DNA of 64,000 bases from Rhodothermales bacterium (GTDB lineage Bacteria; Bacteroidota; Rhodothermia; Rhodothermales; Bin80): positions 1,030,469-1,094,468 of the forward strand of contig OZ244626.1 of the NCBI GenBank assembly GCA_965218495.1. Direction: 5' to 3'. Under the pieces are notes generated by a model. That model ran no database searches. It had not been told where the DNA came from and saw only the letters and a program-made list of their open reading frames with translations. The translations under genes and the position numbers were made by a program. This document shows positions 29,249-37,236 of the stretch, one piece after another; position 1 is the stretch's first letter, and every line of letters begins with the position of its first letter.

Positions 29249-30607
29249 GTGGCTGAGCCCATGTTCCTTCAGAGCGTCCAGCAGCAGATTATGAGCAGGG
29301 AGCTCATGCCGGCCGGCGGGGGGGTGCTGGTTGGAGTGAGCGGCGGCATGGATTCGACTGTGTTATTGGATGCACTATGCAAGCTTGGATTCGCGGTGGA
29401 GGTGGCGCACATCAACTTTGCCCTGCGTGGAGAAGACTCACAGATGGACGAGCATTTTGTGCGGAGTCTCTGCAGAGATCACGGCCTGCCCTGCCACGTT
29501 AAGCACATGGACGCGGCAAGCCATGCGCACCAATTTCGCATGTCGGTCCAGATGGCGGCGCGCGACTTGCGATACGAAGTGTTTGCCGAGTATGCCAAGC
29601 TCTTGCGGCTTGAGTTCGTAGCTGTGGGGCACCATGCCAATGATCAAGCGGAGACCGTTCTGCTTAACTTGTTGCGAGGCTCAGGCCCCGAAGGCCTCGC
29701 CGGGATGCCTATCGTACGCGCGCTGGGGAGTGCGACGCTGGTGCGCCCACTCCTGAATCAAAGCCGCACGGCCATCGCCAAGTATGCTCACGGCGCAGGT
29801 CTCTCATGGCGAGAGGACACGTCCAATACGGACCCGAAGTACCTGCGCGGAGCGCTTCGCCAGCGCCTGTGGCCTGCTCTGAAGGAGGTGGCTGGGCCCG
29901 GCGTAGGCAGCAGAATTGCCTACAGTGCTGACTTGATGCGCGAATACGTTGACGCGGCGTTGTTACCCACACTCAGGGAAACATTCAAACGCGCCGCGGG
30001 GGAGCGCCAACTCCACTTGGATGTGCTTACGGATTTGCCCCCGGTGTGGCAGCGTCGTGTTGTCTTGGAAGCTCTAAGGTGCTGGCTGCCGGGAGCTCCG
30101 GCCTCCATCGTTGACCACGTAATGTCGCTGGTGTCCTCGCAGCCAGGACGACGTGTCACTTGTGGCGCGGGAGCGGTTTGGCGTGGCCGCGAATCCCTGC
30201 TGTTCGAGCACCACCCGGCGCCCCGCACCAATGAAGCTGTAGCCTTGCATGCAGGAAAATGCGTAGCTATAGATGGAGGCAGGGTAGAGATAACGGTATC
30301 AGATCAGTACCCGCAGAGCCTAGAGGAAGAATCACCGAAGGTGGCGTATGTGGACGGCGACCGCTTGGAGTTTCCGCTGATGGTGCGCCGCTGGCAAGCG
30401 GGAGACCGCATGGTGCCGCTGGGCATGGCCCATACCAAGAAGGTCAGCGACGTGCTGACCGATGCCAAGGTCCGCGTTGACATGCGCACCAGGGCCCACG
30501 TAGTTTGCAGTGGCAAGGACATTGTATGGTTAGTAGGCGTCCGGCTCTCCGACCTTTTTCGGGTACGGAAAGGCACACTCCGGTTCGCCAGGTTTGCTCT
30601 GCTATAG
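29249..30607 (+). CDS. tilS: tRNA(Ile)-lysidine synthetase
   Basis: PP-loop VGVSGGMDS, GHHANDQAETVLLNLLRG, and a C-terminal TilS substrate-binding domain. GTG start abuts the mutL stop. Confidence 0.9.
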   Translation: MAEPMFLQSVQQQIMSRELMPAGGGVLVGVSGGMDSTVLLDALCKLGFAVEVAHINFALRGEDSQMDEHFVRSLCRDHGLPCHVKHMDAASHAHQFRMSVQMAARDLRYEVFAEYAKLLRLEFVAVGHHANDQAETVLLNLLRGSGPEGLAGMPIVRALGSATLVRPLLNQSRTAIAKYAHGAGLSWREDTSNTDPKYLRGALRQRLWPALKEVAGPGVGSRIAYSADLMREYVDAALLPTLRETFKRAAGERQLHLDVLTDLPPVWQRRVVLEALRCWLPGAPASIVDHVMSLVSSQPGRRVTCGAGAVWRGRESLLFEHHPAPRTNEAVALHAGKCVAIDGGRVEITVSDQYPQSLEEESPKVAYVDGDRLEFPLMVRRWQAGDRMVPLGMAHTKKVSDVLTDAKVRVDMRTRAHVVCSGKDIVWLVGVRLSDLFRVRKGTLRFARFALL

Positions 30608-30688
30608 ATACGCGGCAATTTGGCACTTGACTGGTAATGCGGGCACGAACTGCCGCCACCATTTGCCAATTATCCGGTCACCCTTCGC

Positions 30689-31213
30689 ATGACGTCCTCT
30701 CTTTCTGCTGGCCTTCGGCTATTCAAGAATCCTGATAGCATACAGGTGCGCATCCACGAACTCGGCAGGGAGTTGTCCGTCACGCACCAAGGTCGCAACC
30801 CGCTTATCATCGGCCTCCTTGATGGGGCTTTCGTGTTCTTGGCTGACCTGGTCCGCACCCTGGGATTTGATTGCGAGGTGGAATTTTGGCGCTTAAAGTC
30901 GTACGGAAACGGGACGAAGAGTAGCGGGCATGTAAAGGAGCTGTGGCCCCTGCTGGCGAGTGTCCAGGGCCGGCATATGGTGGTGGTGGAGGACATAATA
31001 GATAGTGGTAGGACCATTACACACGTTCGTGCGGAGCTTGTGCGCCGCCAGGCGGCTTCCGTCACGGTAGTTGCGCTCCTGAAGACGCATGGTTCTGCGG
31101 TACCAGTAGACCACGTAGGCTTTTGGTGTAGCCCGCAGTTTGTGGTTGGCTACGGGCTTGATTTAGGCGGCCAGCTACGCAACTTGCCTGCGCTGTACTA
31201 TCTTAAGGAGTGA
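30689..31213 (+). CDS. hpt: Hypoxanthine phosphoribosyltransferase
   Basis: 174 aa with PRPP-binding motif VVVVEDIIDSGRTI and C-terminal FVVGYGLD. Confidence 0.9.
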   Translation: MTSSLSAGLRLFKNPDSIQVRIHELGRELSVTHQGRNPLIIGLLDGAFVFLADLVRTLGFDCEVEFWRLKSYGNGTKSSGHVKELWPLLASVQGRHMVVVEDIIDSGRTITHVRAELVRRQAASVTVVALLKTHGSAVPVDHVGFWCSPQFVVGYGLDLGGQLRNLPALYYLKE

Positions 31214-31220
31214 ACTATCC

Positions 31221-32201
31221 TTGCCTAATGCCATGAGCACGCTACTACGTCCAGGTTATTCCCGCCGCCAGTTTCTTAAGGCTGCAGGCGCAGTCACTAC
31301 TACCGCCTTCCTGCCCTTAAGTAGTGCTCCACTGTTTGCCAAACGCCGCAAGGTGCTGATTGGGGCAATTTCGTACAGTTTTCGCCAGATTCCCAGTAGC
31401 GCCGAAGAGATTCTAGGCTACATGCAGAGGTTGGAATTACCATCCATTGAGCTCATGGGTGGCCCTGCCGAGGTGTTTGCCGGCGCACCTGCCGGGCCGA
31501 CGATGCCCAGGAACTTCCGCGACATGAGCCCGGAAGAACGCAGCGAGATGGCAGCGGCGCGTAGGGCGCATGGGGAGAAGATGAGGGAGTGGCGCCAGAG
31601 TGCATCCATGGATCGGTTTTCGGAGTTGGGCAAGATGTACCGGGACGGGGGCGTGGATATTGACATCTTGAAGTTGGGCCAGCCAGGCTGGATCGATGCA
31701 GAGATCGACTACGCGTTCAATGCTGCCAGGGCTGTTGGGGCACGGGGCATTTCTTTTGAGATCTCCAATGAGGCTGCGGAGCGCATGGGACCGTTCGCCA
31801 CCAAGCACAACTTACTGACGGGTATGCACAACCATATCCAGGTTGCCAACGAGGGATTCAGCTGGGACATACCCTTGTCATTTTCGCCGAACAACATGCT
31901 CAACCTGGACATAGGCCACTACGTGGCAGGCCTCGGCACTTCACCGGTACCAATCATCAGGAAGTACCATGACCGCATTACGCATCTGCATCTCAAAGAC
32001 CGCCGAAGCCCCGAGAATGGCCAGGACAACATGGCCTGGGGCTCCGGAGATACGCCGATAGAGGACGTGCTGCATCTCTTGCGCGACGAAGGCTACCCCA
32101 TTACCGCCATGATTGAGCTGGAATACGATATCCCTGCCAGCTCAACGGTCATGGAGGAGATGCAGAAGTGCGCGGATTTTTGCCGTGCCGCTCTCCATTG
32201 A
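31221..32201 (+). CDS. Tat-signal sugar phosphate isomerase/epimerase (xylose isomerase-like TIM barrel) family protein
   Basis: Twin-arginine-type leader SRRQFLKAAGAVTTTAF. Size and HLHLKD / IELEY segments fit AP-endonuclease-2/xylose-isomerase-like barrels. The start may be ATG 31233. Confidence 0.7.
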   Translation: MPNAMSTLLRPGYSRRQFLKAAGAVTTTAFLPLSSAPLFAKRRKVLIGAISYSFRQIPSSAEEILGYMQRLELPSIELMGGPAEVFAGAPAGPTMPRNFRDMSPEERSEMAAARRAHGEKMREWRQSASMDRFSELGKMYRDGGVDIDILKLGQPGWIDAEIDYAFNAARAVGARGISFEISNEAAERMGPFATKHNLLTGMHNHIQVANEGFSWDIPLSFSPNNMLNLDIGHYVAGLGTSPVPIIRKYHDRITHLHLKDRRSPENGQDNMAWGSGDTPIEDVLHLLRDEGYPITAMIELEYDIPASSTVMEEMQKCADFCRAALH

Positions 32202-32592
32202 GAGCAGCGAGCGGGAATGACCCCGATTTCGCTGCCGTTGGTGACGCGTCGGATCGGCTGGACTGTGGTGCTACGGTCGCGAGGTGGCGATGGATGCCAT
32301 TCGTGTAGGATAGGGCACGGACTTCCGGTTTCGTCGTTGCAGACTCGCTGCTGTTCTGATTGAAAGCACCGATAAGGTTCAAAATATTGGGCCAGTCGAA
32401 ACCGCATCACCACACTATTGGGCATGTGCCGCCTTCCACCGGCAAAATGGCACCAATACACGCCGGGTACACCCATTGTGAGCACGAGCTGCCAAGCGCG
32501 TGTACGTAGATCGATGAACCGATTCGTAGCCGACTGGCGTGCCGCAGCGACCCAGAAGTGCCAGTTTGCCCGCTGTGCAGCCAGATAGCGCA

Positions 32593-34713
32593 ATGAGCAA
32601 GAAGAGCCGACACCCCCAGTTAGCGTACGAGCAAGCAGAGCATCTGCTGCAGAAGGCGGTGGGAAATCCGGCCGCGCGTTTTCGTGACGGCCAATGGGAA
32701 GCCATCGATTTGCTGGTGAGCCATAAGCGCCGACTATTGGTTGTGGAACGGACGGGCTGGGGAAAGAGCATGGTCTACTTTCTGGCCACGCGCATGCTGC
32801 GTGATCGCGGGTACGGCCCGTCGCTCGTCATCTCGCCGCTGCTCGCACTCATGAGAAATCAGGTTGCAGCCGCAGAAAGAATCGGACTGCGGGCCGACAC
32901 CATCAACTCCGCCAACCCGGATGACTGGGAAGCAATTGAACGCCAAGTCCGAAGCGGGCGCATAGATATGCTGTGGATTTCACCGGAGCGCCTGTCGAAC
33001 CAGTCTTTTGTGCAGAATGTCCTTAGGTTGGTTGCAGAGAAGATCGGCTTGGTGGTGATCGACGAGGCGCATTGCATTTCCGACTGGGGCCACGATTTCC
33101 GGCCGGACTATCGGCGGATCGTCAATGTGCTGAAACAGATGCCACCCAACATGCCTGTACTTGGCACTACGGCAACGGCAAACGATCGGGTAGTAGACGA
33201 CATAGCGCAGCAGTTGGGCGACATTCACATTCAGCGAGGGGGGCTGACGCGTGACAGCCTGGAGCTCCAAGCGGTTGTACTTCCTGATCAAGCTTTTAGG
33301 CTAGCTTGGATGGCCGAGCACATTCCGAATCTTCCCGGCACAGGTATCGTGTACGTGCTCACGAAGCGGGACGCAGATACTGTTGCAGGCTGGCTCAACC
33401 GTTGCGGGATTAATGCACGGGCCTACTATTCGGGAGTACAGGCCGAAGACCTTTCAAACAGCAACGACTATCGGCTGCATTTGGAGGGCCTTCTGCTGGG
33501 CAATAAGATCAAGATTCTCGTCGCAACGACTGCGTTGGGGATGGGCTACGACAAGCCGGATGTTGGATTCGTCATCCACTATCAAGCACCAAGCTCTGTG
33601 GTGGCTTACTATCAGCAAGTCGGACGTGCCGGCCGTGCGGTGGATCGTGCTTCGGGTGTTCTCCTGTCAGGCCATGAGGATTCAGAGATAATCGAATACT
33701 TTCGCGTTAGTGCATTTCCGTCTGAGCAGGTAATCAATCAGGTACTCGCCCTTTTGGCACGGCACGATGGACTGTCCGTTAACGGCATCAGGGACACCTT
33801 GAATGTGCGGTACGGTCAAATCAAAGACGTGCTCAAGTTTCTTTCCGTGGAGCATCCATCCCCTGTCATCAAAGATGGGTCGAAGTGGCATCGTACGCCG
33901 GTTCGGTTCAGATTCGATAAGAACCGTATTCAGCGGCTCACGGAGCAGCGGGAAGTCGAGTGGCAGGAGATTCAAGCATACATCCATACGAAGCAGTGCC
34001 GAATGGCCTTCCTTCAGCGCGCTCTGAATGATCCTGACGTCAGCGAGTGCGGACGCTGCGACAACTGCCTTGGCAGGCCGCTGATCAGCTCAAGTGCCAA
34101 TCCGAGCTTGGTTGTCCGCGCCCAGCAGTTCCTGCGGAGGATGGATTTTCCGATCGCACCCAGGATGCAAATTCCCAGGGGTGCCTGGACTAAGTACGGC
34201 CTCAGTGGCAACCTGCCGCTGGCACTAAGGGCGTCCGAGGGAAGGGCACTATCAAGGTGGGGCGACGCGGGGTGGGGAATTATTGTAAAGGAGGCAAAGC
34301 AGTCCGGTAGATTCGGCGATGACCTCGTTGATGCAACCCTAGAAATGATTCAGCGGTGGCGGCCCACACCTTTTCCCAAATGGATAACCTGCATACCGTC
34401 GGCAAGGCGCCCAAACCTCGTGCATTCATTTGCGGAACGGCTCGGGCAAAGGCTAGGTCTGCCGTTTCGTAGCGTGCTTGCCACAGCTGGCACAAGTGAC
34501 CCACAGAAGGCGCAACAGAATTCCTTTCATCAATGTAAAAACCTAGACGGGGTGTTTGCCGTGCGCGGCCGCGTTCCCAGTGCGCCGGTGCTGTTGGTTG
34601 ACGATACCGTAGACTCGCGCTGGACCTTTACGATTGCGGCTGCCCTCTTGCGTGAAGCTGGCAGCGGGGAGGTGTTTCCCATTGCGCTGGCCTTGACAAC
34701 TACGTCAGGATGA
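32593..34713 (+). CDS. RecQ-family helicase fused to a C-terminal ComF-type phosphoribosyltransferase domain (PsyrT-like)
   Basis: Walker A TGWGKS (32752-32769), DEAHC (33061-33075), helicase C motifs (VATTALGMGYDKPDV, QQVGRAGR) and a RecQ Zn cluster (C..AFL...SECGRCDNC). The last approx 110 aa carry the PRTase PRPP loop VLLVDDTVDSRWT (34588-34626). Start at internal ATG 32593. Confidence 0.85.
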   Translation: MSKKSRHPQLAYEQAEHLLQKAVGNPAARFRDGQWEAIDLLVSHKRRLLVVERTGWGKSMVYFLATRMLRDRGYGPSLVISPLLALMRNQVAAAERIGLRADTINSANPDDWEAIERQVRSGRIDMLWISPERLSNQSFVQNVLRLVAEKIGLVVIDEAHCISDWGHDFRPDYRRIVNVLKQMPPNMPVLGTTATANDRVVDDIAQQLGDIHIQRGGLTRDSLELQAVVLPDQAFRLAWMAEHIPNLPGTGIVYVLTKRDADTVAGWLNRCGINARAYYSGVQAEDLSNSNDYRLHLEGLLLGNKIKILVATTALGMGYDKPDVGFVIHYQAPSSVVAYYQQVGRAGRAVDRASGVLLSGHEDSEIIEYFRVSAFPSEQVINQVLALLARHDGLSVNGIRDTLNVRYGQIKDVLKFLSVEHPSPVIKDGSKWHRTPVRFRFDKNRIQRLTEQREVEWQEIQAYIHTKQCRMAFLQRALNDPDVSECGRCDNCLGRPLISSSANPSLVVRAQQFLRRMDFPIAPRMQIPRGAWTKYGLSGNLPLALRASEGRALSRWGDAGWGIIVKEAKQSGRFGDDLVDATLEMIQRWRPTPFPKWITCIPSARRPNLVHSFAERLGQRLGLPFRSVLATAGTSDPQKAQQNSFHQCKNLDGVFAVRGRVPSAPVLLVDDTVDSRWTFTIAAALLREAGSGEVFPIALALTTTSG

Positions 34714-34956
34714 GCCAACTGACTCGCCGCCCTATTCGATGGTACCAACATGTTGCGCGGGAATCCTGCGCGCAGGAAGTTGCTGTTTCATTGGTGACGC
34801 TGAAGATACTGCGGGTCTAAATTGCGCGCCGTGGATGGGGTGGGGGAGAGTGCGTGTGCATGTCGCACAATCCATTAACCGGCATATGGGCTCATTCTCC
34901 GTATTTTGACATTGGCGCTGGTCGAATTCGGATCGATCTGGTTTTAAAGTACCGAC

Positions 34957-36945
34957 ATGGAAGCTTCCGCTAACACCCAGGCCATCCTGCTGCTGACGAC
35001 GGCGCTGACGCCACGCGACCGCAGCGCACTAAAGCCACTGACCCCAAAGGAGTGGAGGGCGGTATGGACATGGCTTGAAGAGCAGGAGCAGCTCCCAGAG
35101 AATCTCCTGTTGGGACGCCCAGCCAAAATATTGCGAAGTTGGACCGCACAGAGTCCGCAGGTTGAAAGGATCGATGCGCTGTTGGGGCGGGGCTTACAGC
35201 TCGCACTTGCCATGGAACGGTGGGAGGGTGCCGGACTTTGGGTCATGTCATATTTGGATGAAGACTATCCCGATATGCTAAAATCCAGGCTGCCGAGTAC
35301 ATTTCCGGCAGCATTCTTTGGGTGTGGGAACCGTATGCTACTTCGCTGCAGCGGCTTATCCCTGGTAGGATCGCGGAACGCGCCTGAGGCCGACTTGAAA
35401 TATGCTAGGGAATTTGGCAGCGCTGCAGCGCAAGAGGGTGTTGCAATAGTATCGGGTGGCGCCCGGGGCGTAGATGAACACGCAATGCGTGGAGCACTTG
35501 AGCGTGGGGGGGATGTCGTCGGAATACTGACTGACAGACTGTTAAAACGGTCAATCCAAAACACGCAGCGATTCTTGAATGGTAACAATCTGGCGCTCGT
35601 TTCGGTAACTGCTCCAGAGGTGAGCCTTTTTAGGGGTGCCTTTGTTGGCGCGGCAATGCAACGCAACGACTATATCTACGGCCTATCAAGTGCCGCGGTA
35701 GTTGTTCATTCCGGCGAGAAGGGCGGCACGTGGAGCGGTGCGACCAAGAATATCAAGAGGAATTGGGTGCCTCTCTGGGTAAAGCATACACGCGATGGGA
35801 TGGCAGGCAATGCCACACTTGTGCAACAAGGCGGCAGGTGGTTGCCCGACGATATGGACCCCCTTGGCCACGTTCATCTAATCTGCAAGTCTGCTCGTAC
35901 TTCACGGTCGGCCCGGATGCCTACTGGCACTCACGCTTCATTGAAAACGCAGATTACGCAGGCGGTATTGCTTCTGACTACGCGCCTCATTGATGACGTT
36001 GACAGACGAAACGCAGTGTCTCCTATGGACTTTCGCGAATGGGGATCATTCGCCAGCTGGCTCAAGGGCCAAGGTCGTACTCCGGCGGACCTAGCAAATG
36101 GGCCGTTGGATGAGCTCTTGCAAGGATGGGATCAATCAAGCGCGTCGATCGCAAGGATCAAGGAACTGCTGGATGGTAGTCGGAAGAACAGTCTTGCCCA
36201 AGAAGAGGACGCATGGCGCGAGGCTGGGCTTTGGGTTATGACGCGGGGAGACAAGGACTATCCCAAGGCTCTCAAGGACAAGCTCAAGAGTGACTGTCCT
36301 GCTGTCTTATTTGGTTTTGGCGACCGTACTTTGCTGAGTCGCAGAAAACTGGCGGCGGTAGGATCCAGGAGGGCTGCCAAAGTAGACTTAGACTACGCGT
36401 GGGGTTTTGGCGCGGACGCAGCAACAAAAGAAAGGGTTTTAGTTTCGACCGGTACACATCGTATCGGCGAAGAGGCCATCAGGGGATCGTTGGAGAATGG
36501 TGGGGTCGCAGTCGCCGTATTCGCCGGCAACCTGCTTCGTATGGCATCCAATGCCCCCTACAGGGGATTTATCGAAAAAGGAAAATTGGTGCTCTTGTCG
36601 GCCGTGCACCCGGAGGCTAAGGCCGAGCTTGCAAAGTCGAAATTCACAAGGCAGCTCTACGAAATCGTTTACTGCCTGTCTGATGCCGCGGTGATTATTC
36701 GTTCTGGCCTCAGCGACGTAGTAATGTCCAGTGCAAAAGCGAACCTAAAGAAGAATTGGACACAGTTGTGGGTCAGAATGACAACCGATGAGAAGGCAGG
36801 AAATGCAAAGATCGTCGAAATTGGAGGCAAATGGCTGCCGGAGGGCAAAGATCTGCTCAGCCACATGCAGGACGATTTCAGTGCCAATGGGCGTTCTCTC
36901 CGGCAGGAAAGGCTACAGATTGGCATGCAAGGCCGCCTCTTTTAG
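34957..36945 (+). CDS. Tandem double DprA/Smf-like domain protein (PsyrA/ShosA-like)
   Basis: Two homologous approx 330-aa modules. Module 1 has the DprA Rossmann signature LVGSRNA...AIVSGGARGVDEHAMRGAL (35452-35475 for SGGARGVD). Module 2 aligns throughout but reads AVGSRRA...VLVSTGTHRIGEEAIRGSL. Confidence 0.8.
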   Translation: MEASANTQAILLLTTALTPRDRSALKPLTPKEWRAVWTWLEEQEQLPENLLLGRPAKILRSWTAQSPQVERIDALLGRGLQLALAMERWEGAGLWVMSYLDEDYPDMLKSRLPSTFPAAFFGCGNRMLLRCSGLSLVGSRNAPEADLKYAREFGSAAAQEGVAIVSGGARGVDEHAMRGALERGGDVVGILTDRLLKRSIQNTQRFLNGNNLALVSVTAPEVSLFRGAFVGAAMQRNDYIYGLSSAAVVVHSGEKGGTWSGATKNIKRNWVPLWVKHTRDGMAGNATLVQQGGRWLPDDMDPLGHVHLICKSARTSRSARMPTGTHASLKTQITQAVLLLTTRLIDDVDRRNAVSPMDFREWGSFASWLKGQGRTPADLANGPLDELLQGWDQSSASIARIKELLDGSRKNSLAQEEDAWREAGLWVMTRGDKDYPKALKDKLKSDCPAVLFGFGDRTLLSRRKLAAVGSRRAAKVDLDYAWGFGADAATKERVLVSTGTHRIGEEAIRGSLENGGVAVAVFAGNLLRMASNAPYRGFIEKGKLVLLSAVHPEAKAELAKSKFTRQLYEIVYCLSDAAVIIRSGLSDVVMSSAKANLKKNWTQLWVRMTTDEKAGNAKIVEIGGKWLPEGKDLLSHMQDDFSANGRSLRQERLQIGMQGRLF

Positions 36946-37236
36946 TCTGGTTACGGTGGTTGATACTGCTGGGGGCCGTGTTCTATTCGGCTCCTTAGAG
37001 CGTTGCGCCTTTTCTGACCACTATGCCAGAATGCGGAAGTAGGACCAGGAAGCCGTTGAACATGCCTCGCACAAGGGTGTTTTTGCTCAAGCAGCGCCAG
37101 CCGACGACGGCGTTGCGGTCAATCCATGCAGCCTTGGGTTACACTGCTGTGCGGGGCCACGCACGCCCTTCGTGAGTTTGCTGCGGCTCATCACATAATG
37201 TCGCCCTACCGCCCATGGGGGCATGGCGTCGTCCCG

